The position numbers and the translations under genes were made by a program. The notes beneath the pieces were generated by a model. That model was not told where the DNA came from. It worked only from the letters and a program-made list of their open reading frames with translations, and did no database searches. From an uncultured delta proteobacterium (lineage in GTDB: Bacteria > Desulfobacterota > Desulfuromonadia > Geobacterales > DSM-12255), in contig CAWBBV010000011.1 of assembly GCA_963787125.1 (NCBI GenBank), forward strand, positions 96,001 through 160,000: a stretch of DNA of 64,000 bases. The letters run 5' to 3'. Positions 8,685 to 18,971 of the stretch are shown piece by piece. Numbering within the stretch: position 1 is the stretch's first letter; each line of letters begins with the position of its first letter.

Positions 8685-10466
8685 ATGCACTCATATTTTA
8701 TCGTAATTATACTATTATGTGTGACTCTCGGCGGCTGTGGCAGAAACAGTTATGACATCCAAACAACCAGATCAGATGCCGATAATTACAACAAAATAGT
8801 CGTCACGAATAATAAATGCAGTTGGTCGGAAGATCCGACTATTTATGTAGATAACAATTCAGTATGGATCTACTGCACGAATATCTATGAACACATTATC
8901 TTGAAAGCCGGGCCGTCAACGGCTACAGCGATTAAAGAAAAGGTTTCTGAACCGGACTTGAGCTCTTTTTCAAATAAAAAGCGCAGTGCCAAAATGGTTA
9001 AATGCGACCCCAATATATCCAAATACGGAATTTGTGCTGACGACTTGTTCCCTTTTGCCGGCTTCAAGCTTGAATATGAAGTCCCGATGATAGGCTTTCC
9101 AGTCGCCAAATTCGAGTATCAGGATTATTCGGAAGTCTACCGTAAATATTATCAAATAATGTATGGCGATTCCAAGTCGAGCACTTTAAAAACTAATGCG
9201 CGCTCAAGGTACGTCGAAAACAAAATTGTTACCGATGTTCTTAACAATGTTTTGTTCGGTTTTAACGCGGAGAACAATTTAAAGCTGTTAGCTTTGATTT
9301 ATAATACTGACAGCACTGACAGTTATGTGTCAGGCCACGGCTTGGCACTGATAGAAAAGGCCAAGTCAACTGCTGAAAAGCTGGACCTTTGCGAGAAGAT
9401 TGCCCGTAACGGCTACTTTAATGTCAATGATGCAGAATATTATCGCCTGCTGCTTGACTACATCAAAAGCAACCGGCACGAGTTAATCAACATCCTCCTG
9501 AAATCCGGATTGGATTCAAATATTTCCCACTCGAAATCCGGTACTTTGCTGGCAAGCGCCGTAACGATGAATAATATTGCCGTAACACGCAGATTGATCG
9601 ACAGTGGCGCTTCTGTGCAATCAGAGGAGCTGCTCCTGAGCGCCGTTACTAATAATAATCTTGAAATGATCCGCCTGCTGAAATCGAAAGGCGCCAAATT
9701 ACCGCCAGTTTATGCAAACGCTCTGGCTGCAGCAAAGAAAAGTGACATTCCCACTACGGATTATTGGCTCTACAAAGCGGTTCAGCTTGAACTCGTCAAT
9801 AACAATGAAATAAACAATGTCGAACGTGTAATCGGCCCGGAGCGATTAAGAGTGTATAAAATTGTCTCTGCGTCGAATTACGCCCCACCGGGCGGGCGAA
9901 ATTTCAAGGTGCGGCTCTCTTATAAGGCTTCTGCCAACAAAGCACCGGAATTGGCTGCAAAAATCAGGAGCGGGATGAAGGTCAGGGATCCCTGGGGGAT
10001 TTTAAATCCATACTGGGTGACTGAATTTCCAGCTGAAGCTGCCTATGAAGCAAATGGAGTTATCATCGGCAGTTGGTACACTTCGTATTATGACGGCTAT
10101 TCTGCCTGGCTGAATCAGCTCACGGGAGAAATGAACAAACTTGAGGGTGAAGGCGTTCTCAAATCATGGGATGTCACTCTACTTGGAGAGACAGTACGGC
10201 CCGATTATTCATCAGGTTCGACATCCTCAAGTTCGTCAAGCTCCTCTAGCTCGGCAAACGCTTCATCGGCAAATAAGCCTCGCCCAGCGGCAATAAAGGG
10301 CGTAAAGAGAGTATTCAACGAAGGGAACAATACAATTGTCGAGTGTAATGACGGTGATAAGTTGAAGGTTGCCCGCGACAATTATGGCAAATGCACCTAT
10401 CCGGGGACTTTCGGCAGTTATGATTGCCAAACAGCAATTGAGTGGACCAGGAAAATGTGTAAATAA
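8685..10466 (+). CDS. Lipoprotein with ankyrin-like repeats, a Ser-rich linker and a small Cys-containing C-terminal domain
   Basis: Lipobox LGGC; TLLASAVTMNNIAVTRRLIDSGA and LLLSAVTNNNLEMIRLLKSKGA ankyrin-like units; AT-rich codon usage. Confidence 0.75.
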   Translation: MHSYFIVIILLCVTLGGCGRNSYDIQTTRSDADNYNKIVVTNNKCSWSEDPTIYVDNNSVWIYCTNIYEHIILKAGPSTATAIKEKVSEPDLSSFSNKKRSAKMVKCDPNISKYGICADDLFPFAGFKLEYEVPMIGFPVAKFEYQDYSEVYRKYYQIMYGDSKSSTLKTNARSRYVENKIVTDVLNNVLFGFNAENNLKLLALIYNTDSTDSYVSGHGLALIEKAKSTAEKLDLCEKIARNGYFNVNDAEYYRLLLDYIKSNRHELINILLKSGLDSNISHSKSGTLLASAVTMNNIAVTRRLIDSGASVQSEELLLSAVTNNNLEMIRLLKSKGAKLPPVYANALAAAKKSDIPTTDYWLYKAVQLELVNNNEINNVERVIGPERLRVYKIVSASNYAPPGGRNFKVRLSYKASANKAPELAAKIRSGMKVRDPWGILNPYWVTEFPAEAAYEANGVIIGSWYTSYYDGYSAWLNQLTGEMNKLEGEGVLKSWDVTLLGETVRPDYSSGSTSSSSSSSSSSANASSANKPRPAAIKGVKRVFNEGNNTIVECNDGDKLKVARDNYGKCTYPGTFGSYDCQTAIEWTRKMCK

Positions 10467-10515
10467 TTCCAGGACGATCACGACTCCTTAACTCCCCTAT
10501 GCATAAGCCCCATCC

Positions 10516-10544
10516 CGGGCAGCCAAAACGGCTGCCCGTTTTTT
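10516..10544 (+). terminator. Rho-independent terminator
   Basis: CGGGCAGCC-AAAAC-GGCTGCCCG followed by T6. Confidence 0.85.
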
Positions 10545-10614
10545 GTAATTAATTTCATATCCAGCCGACTCATGTTATAAAGTCTGCCAATCTTCCTTTT
10601 TCAGGAGTCGCCCC

Positions 10615-12798
10615 ATGCTGGTTCACCGCCACCTGTCATTGTTCCTCATTCTCCTTGTTACCCTTTCCACAACAACCGCTTTTGCCACTGTCACCCGTGA
10701 ATGGACGGAAAAGAGTCTGGGCGATTCCGGTGCCGGTTCTTATGAAGGGATCATGTATTCCGATCGTGGGCGTTTGGCGCCGGGGATCAAGACAGAAAAA
10801 AAGCTTTACAAAGAGGATCTTGCTTTTTGGGCCGGGACCTATGAAAAGTCAGGCACACTCCTGGCCGGTGGTGGTGCGCCGCCATTTGTTGTCCGCCAGA
10901 ATAAGGAAGGACTGTTTACACCACTCACTATCAACGGTCTGGCCAAAGATGGCCGGGATGCTACCAGCTCGGTTACAGTCCTGCGGACAATTTCTCAGGG
11001 TCGGGTCGTGGCCGGATTTTCCGGTAACGGGTTAATCGTCATCAAAAACTACGCCAAACCGGATGAATTTATCCAACTGGCAAAACTGCCGGTGCGCAGT
11101 ATCTGGGATCTGGTCGAAGGTGGCGACGGTTTTCTGTATACCGCTACCGGGCCACTGGGACAGGTTTACCGTGTAAATCTTACCAGCGGCGCTTTCGAAG
11201 TCTGGGCCCAGATCAAGGATACCAACGTCCGCACTCTGTGCTGGGCAAACGGGAAGCTGCTTGCCGGTGGGGGGGACAGCGGCAACCTCTACGAAATCAG
11301 AGGGAAGGAACGGGTCGAAACCCTCCACCACTTCGAGGAGGAGAGCCTGCAAAGGATCGTAGCCTACAAGGACGGGTTTGTCGTGGCGGTCAACAAGCTG
11401 CGGGTGCCGACCGATGAAAAGGCTGATGACGGCTATAAAAAATACTTCAAGAAACTTACCGATCTGCCGCAAGGGTTCGGTATCGATGAGAAGATGCCTG
11501 CCCCACCGGATCAGATGCGCTCCACCACCTCCAATTATGCAGCGGGCGCCGTCTACCTCATCGGCAAAGAGTACCGCATCGATCGGCTGGCAACGCTGAA
11601 AAATGAGCATATCATGGATGCCAGGGTGGATGCCGATGGCCGCGTGTATCTGGCCACAGGGCCAAATGGCCGGGTTTATATGGTAAGGGCCAATGGCGAC
11701 GAGCGGGAACTCTGGACCGTGCAGGAGCTCGAGTATGTCAATGCCACTGCTGTGCTGATGCAGGATGGTTCACCCCGGGCTTTCCTGGCCGCCGGTCATG
11801 AAGCGGTCGCCTTTCTCCGCAATGAGAAACAGGGGCGAAGCGGATCTTTCAAGACGAAACCCTATAGTGCCGGTCGACCGGCCAGCTGGGGGGCGCTTTC
11901 CTGGCGTGGTGCCGGAGTGAAGGTCTATACCCGCAACGGTCACTCTCCCAAGGCGGACAGCAGTTGGACCAAATGGGTTGAGCGTAAGAACGGCGTTGCC
12001 CTTGCGGGGGCGGCTAAAGCCTGGAGCTTTGCCCAGATAAGAATCGACATGACCGGCAAAGCGGAGTTCTACGGTTTCAGTTGGCGCTTTGCCGAAAAGA
12101 ATCAGCGCCCGGAAATCAAGTCTTTGACTGTCGGCGAGCGCGAACTGGTCAAAAGCGGCGCCCAGAGGCCGATAACGTGGGAAGCGAGCGATCCGAACGG
12201 TGATAAGCTGGAATACCGACTGGCCATCAAGGAAGAGTCCGCTGCCGCATGGCAGGAGGTGAGCGGTTCGAGCCCCATAACCGAAGCGAAGTTTTCTCTC
12301 CCGGTTGGTCAGCTGCCGGATGGGCGCTATCTGCTGCGCCTGACAGCCAGCGATGCCCCTGCCAACTACGAAGCGCCACTGATATCATCACGCATATCGC
12401 CACTGTTCATTATCAATAATGGTCGGCCGGAAATCAGGGATATGGCTTTTGACCCGGCAACCGGCAGATTGACTGCCAGGGTTGTCGATAAACTCTCGAT
12501 CATCAGTGAACTGGCGATTGCTGTGGATGGCGGTGACTGGAAGAGTATCTCTTCGGCCGATGGTATTCTTGATGAGAAGGAAGAAGAGGTGAAGCTGATC
12601 TTGCCGGGGATTGCCAAAGGCAGTCACAACGTGGCACTCAAGGCCGTCACTGAAGCGGGCGGGGAGACGGTTGTGCAGAAGAAAATCTCATTGGACAAAG
12701 CGCCACCAGAAGCACAAATTCCACTGCCGATCGTCGATGATGACCCGGCGGAACAGCCGGTTGTTCAAGCTCCCTTGAAGCCGGTGACAAAACAGTAG
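10615..12798 (+). CDS. Large exported beta-propeller protein with C-terminal FN3/Ig-like domains
   Basis: Signal peptide; repeated LYTATGPLGQVYRV / LLAGGGDSGNLYEI / VYLATGPNGRVYMV blades; ITWEASDPNGDKLEY and LPDGRYLLRLTASDAP Ig/FN3-type motifs. Confidence 0.75.
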   Translation: MLVHRHLSLFLILLVTLSTTTAFATVTREWTEKSLGDSGAGSYEGIMYSDRGRLAPGIKTEKKLYKEDLAFWAGTYEKSGTLLAGGGAPPFVVRQNKEGLFTPLTINGLAKDGRDATSSVTVLRTISQGRVVAGFSGNGLIVIKNYAKPDEFIQLAKLPVRSIWDLVEGGDGFLYTATGPLGQVYRVNLTSGAFEVWAQIKDTNVRTLCWANGKLLAGGGDSGNLYEIRGKERVETLHHFEEESLQRIVAYKDGFVVAVNKLRVPTDEKADDGYKKYFKKLTDLPQGFGIDEKMPAPPDQMRSTTSNYAAGAVYLIGKEYRIDRLATLKNEHIMDARVDADGRVYLATGPNGRVYMVRANGDERELWTVQELEYVNATAVLMQDGSPRAFLAAGHEAVAFLRNEKQGRSGSFKTKPYSAGRPASWGALSWRGAGVKVYTRNGHSPKADSSWTKWVERKNGVALAGAAKAWSFAQIRIDMTGKAEFYGFSWRFAEKNQRPEIKSLTVGERELVKSGAQRPITWEASDPNGDKLEYRLAIKEESAAAWQEVSGSSPITEAKFSLPVGQLPDGRYLLRLTASDAPANYEAPLISSRISPLFIINNGRPEIRDMAFDPATGRLTARVVDKLSIISELAIAVDGGDWKSISSADGILDEKEEEVKLILPGIAKGSHNVALKAVTEAGGETVVQKKISLDKAPPEAQIPLPIVDDDPAEQPVVQAPLKPVTKQ

Positions 12799-12799
12799 C

Positions 12800-13492
12800 A
12801 TGAGTGTCCCGGAAAAAAATATTCATCCCGTCGTTGAGATCACCGGCGCTGCGGTGATTTACCACAAAGGCAAGGAGGAGGTTGCGGCCTTGCGGGGAGT
12901 TGACTTCACTCTGGAGCGGGGAGAGTTCGTCACTGTTACCGGGCCATCCGGGGCCGGGAAGAGCACTTTTTTGCAGTTGTGTGGTGGCATTCTTACCCCT
13001 ACAGCAGGAGAAGTCCGTTTCATGGGGGTTGACAGGGGCCGGATGCGGGATCGCGATCTGGCAAAACTGCGCAGTCAAGAGATAGGCTTTGTTTTCCAGT
13101 CATTCAACCTGCTCGATTACCTCCCGGCCGAGGAGAACGTGGCACTGCCACTGCTTTTGGCCGGCGTGCCGGAAAGCGAGCGGCTGGAACGAGCCCGGCG
13201 CAGGCTGGATTCTCTGGGTCTCGGGCAGCGGACAAAGCACTATCCGGCTGAGCTTTCCGGCGGCGAGTGCCAGCGGGTGGCCATTGCCCGCGCCCTGGTG
13301 ACCGATCCGCCGCTGCTCATCGCCGACGAGCCGACCGGCAACCTGGATCATGACAGCAGTAGCGTCGTGATGGAAATCTTTGCCGCCATCCACCGGGAGG
13401 GGAGCGCTTCGATTCTGCTGGTGACTCACAGCCCGTGGGTGGCAGAATTCGGCAGCCGTACCGTCCGCATAGATGCCGGGAGGCTCGAGTGA
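12800..13492 (+). CDS. ABC transporter ATP-binding protein, LolD/MacB/FtsE-like
   Basis: Walker A GPSGAGKS, IGFVFQSFNL, LSGGECQRVAIARAL, ADEPTGNLD. Confidence 0.93.
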   Translation: MSVPEKNIHPVVEITGAAVIYHKGKEEVAALRGVDFTLERGEFVTVTGPSGAGKSTFLQLCGGILTPTAGEVRFMGVDRGRMRDRDLAKLRSQEIGFVFQSFNLLDYLPAEENVALPLLLAGVPESERLERARRRLDSLGLGQRTKHYPAELSGGECQRVAIARALVTDPPLLIADEPTGNLDHDSSSVVMEIFAAIHREGSASILLVTHSPWVAEFGSRTVRIDAGRLE

Positions 13493-14952
13493 TAACCTGG
13501 CGCGACTCTCTTGCCTTAAGCCGCAAACGCTGGAAACGCAAGCGTATTTTTGGTAGTCTGAAATACTCGGCACCGCTCTTTTTCATTACCCTGCTCACCA
13601 TCGTTTCCCTCAATATCATCTATGTCCTCAGCGTCCGCATCACTGAGGCTACCAGAGACAGTCAATTCCCTCACCCCACCCACTTGCGGGTCTCCGTCCT
13701 ACCAAAGTCGAAGGACCTGCTCACCACTGTCCAGTTGAAAGCGCTGCGCAATCATCCGGCAGTGCGCTATTCCATGGGGGGACAGAGTTGGCTCGGAAAC
13801 TTTTTCGCCGACCTGGGTGAGGCCCGTTATGTCCAGATCCCTTTTTTCTGCGGTTATACGCCCGAATTTTTCAGCTTGTACCGGACTCTGCCTCCGGAGA
13901 AGAGTGTGCCCGATTGCATACCGGTTCTGCTCGGCCGGGACCTGCTTTCCCTTTCCTGGTCGCCGGAAAAGAAGCGTTTTATCCGCAATGAGCGGGAAGA
14001 GATGATTCGCTGGCTCGGCCGGACCTTCACGGTGTACCTCAATCCCTGGGGAACAGAAGGGTTTAAATCTGCCTTTGCCCTGGAGCAACTGGACTATCCC
14101 CGTTACCGGCACGGGGTCATGGCAAAGCGTAAACAACATCTGGCCGACCTGGAACGAACCAATCCCGAGCTTGCCCGTCAACAGGACGCCGTTTTTATCA
14201 GAATGCAGGTGGTCGGCTTTGTGCGTGACCTGGAAGAGAGCGGGAGCACGTCGGTACTGCCGGAAGATTTCGCCGCCAAAATAGTGGAACTTTCTGCCCT
14301 GCGACGGGGTAAAAAAGTTAAAGCGCCGACAGATGACAGTTTGAGCAGTATCAATCTACTGGTGACAGCGGGACGTGAACAGGAAATTTCTGTGCTGGCC
14401 AAATCACTGGGGCTGAAAGTCCATGATCGCAACAGCGACGGAGTCATTGCCCGCCTCTACCAGGAGATAAAGGATGATCCCGGCACCCGGCTGGCGGTAT
14501 ACATTCTGTCATCCCTCTACTCGGTGGCAATGATGATTGTCATCTACCAGCTGCTCAGTGGCCAGGTGAAAGATTCTATCAGGGAGATCGGCCTGCTGCG
14601 CTGTATAGGCGCCCGCCGGCGCGACATCATGCGGATTTTTATAGTTATGAATCTTGTGCGTCTCGGCAGAATCTACCTTGCCTGCCTGGCAGTCGCTTAT
14701 CTGCTCCTGCTGGCTGGCGGCTACTGGTCGGCCGGCTTGTTGAATCTCATTGATCCGGAGAGTCTCATCAATGGAAATATCCCCGATTTTCTTATCAGCA
14801 AGATTGATCACTTTTCAAACTTCTGGTTAATTGGCCCCCCTTGGATGGCGGTTTTCCCGCTGCTGCTGCTGGTGCCGCTTGCGCTTTCTTCCGCAGCCAT
14901 CCCCATCTGGCACGCCATGGGAGTGCAGCCGTCGGAGGCGCTTAAGGATTGA
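13489..14952 (+). CDS. FtsX-like (type VII ABC) permease with a large periplasmic domain
   Basis: GTGA overlap with the ATPase stop; one N-terminal TM, ~300 aa soluble domain, REIGLLRCIGARRRDI and final PSEALK motifs. Confidence 0.85.
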   Translation: MITWRDSLALSRKRWKRKRIFGSLKYSAPLFFITLLTIVSLNIIYVLSVRITEATRDSQFPHPTHLRVSVLPKSKDLLTTVQLKALRNHPAVRYSMGGQSWLGNFFADLGEARYVQIPFFCGYTPEFFSLYRTLPPEKSVPDCIPVLLGRDLLSLSWSPEKKRFIRNEREEMIRWLGRTFTVYLNPWGTEGFKSAFALEQLDYPRYRHGVMAKRKQHLADLERTNPELARQQDAVFIRMQVVGFVRDLEESGSTSVLPEDFAAKIVELSALRRGKKVKAPTDDSLSSINLLVTAGREQEISVLAKSLGLKVHDRNSDGVIARLYQEIKDDPGTRLAVYILSSLYSVAMMIVIYQLLSGQVKDSIREIGLLRCIGARRRDIMRIFIVMNLVRLGRIYLACLAVAYLLLLAGGYWSAGLLNLIDPESLINGNIPDFLISKIDHFSNFWLIGPPWMAVFPLLLLVPLALSSAAIPIWHAMGVQPSEALKD

Positions 14953-15046
14953 GCACCATTGGTTCATGACAGAGATGCTGTTAATCAGGTAAATTTTAGT
15001 GTACAAGAAACGGGTCGTATTTCTATAGCAAGTTACGGAGGAGCAC

Positions 15047-15427
15047 ATGGAGACAGGCGAGCGCCCCTGGGGCACCTATACCGTTCTCGACGAGAACAGA
15101 AGTTACAAGATCAAACGAATTGTTGTCAATCCGGGTGAGAGGCTCTCCCTGCAGATGCATCACCACCGGAGCGAGCACTGGATAGTCGTTTCCGGGACTG
15201 CCAAGGTCACGTGCGACGGCAGAGAGTACATTGTCAACATTAACGAATCGACCTTTATCCCGATCGGCATGAATCATCGGCTTGAGAACCCCGGCGTCAT
15301 CCCGTTGACCATCATCGAAGTGCAGAGTGGCGAATATCTGGGTGAAGATGATATCGTCCGCTTTCAGGATGATTATAACCGTGTCCCCGAAAAAGGGACA
15401 AAGCCGGAGGAGTTGGCAACGGAGTAA
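15047..15427 (+). CDS. Stand-alone mannose-6-phosphate isomerase type II cupin domain
   Basis: [43 protein letters not shown] (ManC C-terminal domain); GGAGG RBS. Confidence 0.92.
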   Translation: METGERPWGTYTVLDENRSYKIKRIVVNPGERLSLQMHHHRSEHWIVVSGTAKVTCDGREYIVNINESTFIPIGMNHRLENPGVIPLTIIEVQSGEYLGEDDIVRFQDDYNRVPEKGTKPEELATE

Positions 15428-15455
15428 CCCGGAAGACTCCTCTTGCAAATACAGC

Positions 15456-15509
15456 GGATAAACACCAACAGCCCTGCTCCAGAAGAGGAACAGGGCTGTT
15501 GGCGTATCC
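15456..15509. terminator. Stem-loop between convergent genes, probable bidirectional terminator
   Basis: CCAACAGCCCTG (15465-15476) pairs with CAGGGCTGTTGG (15491-15502), extended by GGATA/TATCC; no clear T tract. Confidence 0.6.
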
Positions 15510-15524
15510 ATATTGGTAAAGAAG

Positions 15525-18500
15525 CTACCCCATTACCATAACGAGGTCTTCTTTCTCCACTTTATCCCCTTCCTTGAACTTGACCTCAGTAACCTTGGCG
15601 TCCGCCTTGGCCTTGATATTGGTCTCCATCTTCATCGCCTCGGTAACCATCAAAACATCCCCGGCCTTGACTTCGTCGCCGACCTTCACATTGACTTTGA
15701 GCACCTTGCCCGGCATCGGCGCACCGACATGAGCGGCATTCCCTTTGTCCGCCTTTTCCCGGACAGTCGCGTCTGTCTCTGCCGACTGATCACGCACCGT
15801 GACTGAACGGGCATTACCGTTCAGCTCAAAGTAAACCTGACGGGTACCGTCCGGCTGGACCCTGCCGATGGCGTTCAACTTGATGATAAACGTCTTGCCT
15901 GGCTCGATGTCTAAAGAGGTCTCCTGACCCGGCTCAAGTCCGTAGAAGAAGATCGGCGTTGGAATGACGGAGATATCGGAATACTCCTGGCGATGGCGGT
16001 CAAACTCCGGATAGACGTTGGGGTAGAGAATCGCCGAGATCAGCGCCTTATCGTCGATCTTGTGACCAAGCTTCTCTTCCAGAACAAGACGTTCCTCTTC
16101 AAAATCCGCCGGTTCCAGAAGTTCACCCGGACGGCAGGTTATCGGCTGCTGATCCTTGAGAATTATTTTCTGCAGCTCCTGCGGCCAGCCTTGATACGGC
16201 TGACCGAGCATCCCCTTGAACATGCCGATAACAGACTCGGGAAAGGCCAGCTCTTCCTTGGTTGTGAAGACATCTTCAGGCTCAAGGTTGTTTTTTACCA
16301 GGAACATGGACATGTCGCCGACAACCTTTGATGACGGCGTCACCTTGACGATATCGCCGAACATCATGTTTACCTTGTGGTACATCTCCTTGCATTCGTC
16401 CCAGCGTTCGATGAGCCCGAGTCCGGCAACCTGCGGCTTGTAGTTGGAGTACTGGCCGCCCGGAATCTCGTGATGATAGACCTCTGCAGTTCCGGATTTG
16501 AGCCCGGATTCAAACGGGGCGTAGTAGTCACGGACAGTCTCCCAGTAGTTGGCCAACTGCTGCAGGCCGGCTGCATTGACGAGGGGATCGCGCTCGCTCC
16601 GCTCCAGGCTGGCAACGAGAGCGTTCAGGTTTGGCTGGGCTGTTAGGCCGGAGAGTGATGACAGCGCCGCGTCGACGATATCAACACCTGCCTCGCTTGC
16701 CTTGAGCAGCATGGCGCTACCGTTGCTTGAGGTGTCATGGGTATGGAGATGAATAGGAATGCCGATATTTTCTTTGAGCGCCTTGACCAGTTTGTAGGCT
16801 GCCAGAGGCTTCAAGAGTCCCGCCATATCCTTGATGGCCAGGATATGGGCGCCCATCTGCTCCAGCTCTTTTGCCATGCCGACATAATATTCAAGAGGGT
16901 ATTTGTCTCGTTTCGGATCGGTGATGTCACCGGTGTAGCAGATAGCTGCTTCGCAGATTTTGCCGCTTTTGCGTACCGCCTCCATTGCCACCTTCATGCC
17001 TGTTGTCCAGTTGAGAGAGTCGAAAACGCGGAAGATATCAACCCCGGAATTGGCCGCCTCTTCAACGAATTTCTGCACCACATTGTCGGGGTAGTTAGTG
17101 TAACCAACCGCATTGGAGCCGCGCAGCAGCATCTGGAAAAGAATGTTCGGGATCATTTCCGAAAGCTTGTGCAGCCTCTGCCATGGGTCTTCTTTGAGGA
17201 ACCGCATGGAGACGTCGAAGGTTGCTCCACCCCAGCATTCGAGAGAGAAGAGGTCGGCGCCCAGATATGAGGTCGGCTCGGCAATTTTGAGAAGATCGTA
17301 GGTTCTGACCCGGGTCGCCAGATTCGACTGGTGGGCATCACGCATGGTGGTGTCAGTAATAAGCAGCTTTTTTTGGTCGAGAATCCACTTGGAAAGCCCC
17401 TCTGCGCCCAGCTTCATGAAAAGATCACGACTGCCGGAAGGGCGCTGCCGGGTCATGTCGATTTCCGGCACTCTCGCCTCGATCAGTTCGGCAGATTTAA
17501 GCGGCTTGGCAACCCCGGGAGAACCGTTGACGCTGACATCACCGAGGAAGGTCAGCACCTTGGTAGCCCTGTCCTTTTTTTCACGGATATGGAGGAGTTC
17601 CGGATGCTTATCGATGAAAGAGGTATTGCACTTCCCTTTCAGGAACACCGGGTGAGTGACAACATTTTCGAGAAAGCCGATATTGGTCTTGACCCCCCGC
17701 ACCCGGAACTCCTGGAGTGAGCGGTGCATGATGTTGGCAGCCTCGGTGAAAGTAAGCCCCCACGAACTCACCTTGACCAGGAGCGAATCATAGTGCGGCG
17801 TGATCTTGGCTCCGGTGGAGGCATTGCCTGCGTCAAGCCGCACTCCGCAGCCGGCAGCAGAGCGATAGGTCGTGAGAGTCCCGAAATCGGGGGCAAAGTT
17901 ATTGGTCGGATCTTCGGTAGTAATCCGGCACTGGATGGCATAACCGCGCATATCAATGGCGCTCTGGGAGGGGATGTTGATCTCCGGGTCGGAGAGCTTG
18001 TGACCGGCGGCAATCAGAATCTGGGTCTGGACAAGGTTACGACCGGTTATCATCTCGGTAACAGTATGTTCAACCTGAATCCGCGGGTTCATTTCGATGA
18101 AATAGTGATTTCCCTCCGCATCAACAAGGAACTCTACCGTACCGGCATTGCGGTATTTCACCTGCCCGGCTATCTTCAGCGCAGCGGTGCAGAGCTCCTC
18201 ACGCTGGGACTGGGTAAGGGAGAGCGAAGGTGCAAATTCGACAACCTTTTGATGGCGGCGCTGCACCGAGCAGTCACGGTCAAAAAAATGGACAAGGTTA
18301 CCGTAGTTATCCCCCATGACCTGCACTTCGATATGCTTGGGATTCTCGATGTAGCGCTCAAGGAAGACATCGGCATTGCCGAAAGAGGCTTTTGCCTCGC
18401 TGCTGGCAGCTACCAACCCTTCAAGCAGCTCTTTTTTATTATTGGCAACTCTCATCCCGCGGCCACCACCACCGGCAGACGCCTTGATGATGATCGGATA

Positions 18501-18971
18501 GCCTGCCTCCTTGGCAAACTTGAGAGCTTCTTCCTCTTTAACGATCGGGTTTTCAGTCCCCGGCACAACCTGCACACCGGCAGCTACAGCGGCTTTACGG
18601 CCAGCCACCTTGTCCCCCAGGGCTCGCTGCATTTCGCCGGTCGGGCCGATAAAGGCGATCCCGTTTGCCTCACATTTTTCAGCGAATTCGGCATTTTCCG
18701 CCAGAAAACCGTAACCGGGGTGAATGGCATCAACCTCAGCTTTGAGTGCCAGGGCAATAATCTCGTCAATGCCAAGATAAGCATCAATCGGCGCTTTACC
18801 TTTGCCGATCAGATATGCCTCGTCAGCTTTGTAACGATGCAGGGAGAGTTTATCCTCTTCCGAATAGATTGCCACAGTGCCAATCCCCAACTCCGTACAG
18901 GCGCGGAATATCCGGATTGCAATCTCGCCGCGGTTGGCTGCCAATATTTTTCTGAATTTTTTCTTCTGCAT
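15525..18971 (-). CDS. pyc: Pyruvate carboxylase
   Basis: Biotin carboxylase (ANRGEIA, HPGYGFLAEN), carboxyltransferase (RDAHQS, WGGATFD) and biotin-carrier (EAMKME) domains. Confidence 0.98.
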   Translation of the reverse strand: MQKKKFRKILAANRGEIAIRIFRACTELGIGTVAIYSEEDKLSLHRYKADEAYLIGKGKAPIDAYLGIDEIIALALKAEVDAIHPGYGFLAENAEFAEKCEANGIAFIGPTGEMQRALGDKVAGRKAAVAAGVQVVPGTENPIVKEEEALKFAKEAGYPIIIKASAGGGGRGMRVANNKKELLEGLVAASSEAKASFGNADVFLERYIENPKHIEVQVMGDNYGNLVHFFDRDCSVQRRHQKVVEFAPSLSLTQSQREELCTAALKIAGQVKYRNAGTVEFLVDAEGNHYFIEMNPRIQVEHTVTEMITGRNLVQTQILIAAGHKLSDPEINIPSQSAIDMRGYAIQCRITTEDPTNNFAPDFGTLTTYRSAAGCGVRLDAGNASTGAKITPHYDSLLVKVSSWGLTFTEAANIMHRSLQEFRVRGVKTNIGFLENVVTHPVFLKGKCNTSFIDKHPELLHIREKKDRATKVLTFLGDVSVNGSPGVAKPLKSAELIEARVPEIDMTRQRPSGSRDLFMKLGAEGLSKWILDQKKLLITDTTMRDAHQSNLATRVRTYDLLKIAEPTSYLGADLFSLECWGGATFDVSMRFLKEDPWQRLHKLSEMIPNILFQMLLRGSNAVGYTNYPDNVVQKFVEEAANSGVDIFRVFDSLNWTTGMKVAMEAVRKSGKICEAAICYTGDITDPKRDKYPLEYYVGMAKELEQMGAHILAIKDMAGLLKPLAAYKLVKALKENIGIPIHLHTHDTSSNGSAMLLKASEAGVDIVDAALSSLSGLTAQPNLNALVASLERSERDPLVNAAGLQQLANYWETVRDYYAPFESGLKSGTAEVYHHEIPGGQYSNYKPQVAGLGLIERWDECKEMYHKVNMMFGDIVKVTPSSKVVGDMSMFLVKNNLEPEDVFTTKEELAFPESVIGMFKGMLGQPYQGWPQELQKIILKDQQPITCRPGELLEPADFEEERLVLEEKLGHKIDDKALISAILYPNVYPEFDRHRQEYSDISVIPTPIFFYGLEPGQETSLDIEPGKTFIIKLNAIGRVQPDGTRQVYFELNGNARSVTVRDQSAETDATVREKADKGNAAHVGAPMPGKVLKVNVKVGDEVKAGDVLMVTEAMKMETNIKAKADAKVTEVKFKEGDKVEKEDLVMVMG

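Noticed and set aside
3674..14952. Prophage or integrative element
   Set aside because: No integrase, phage, conjugation or transposase genes and no flanking direct repeats found
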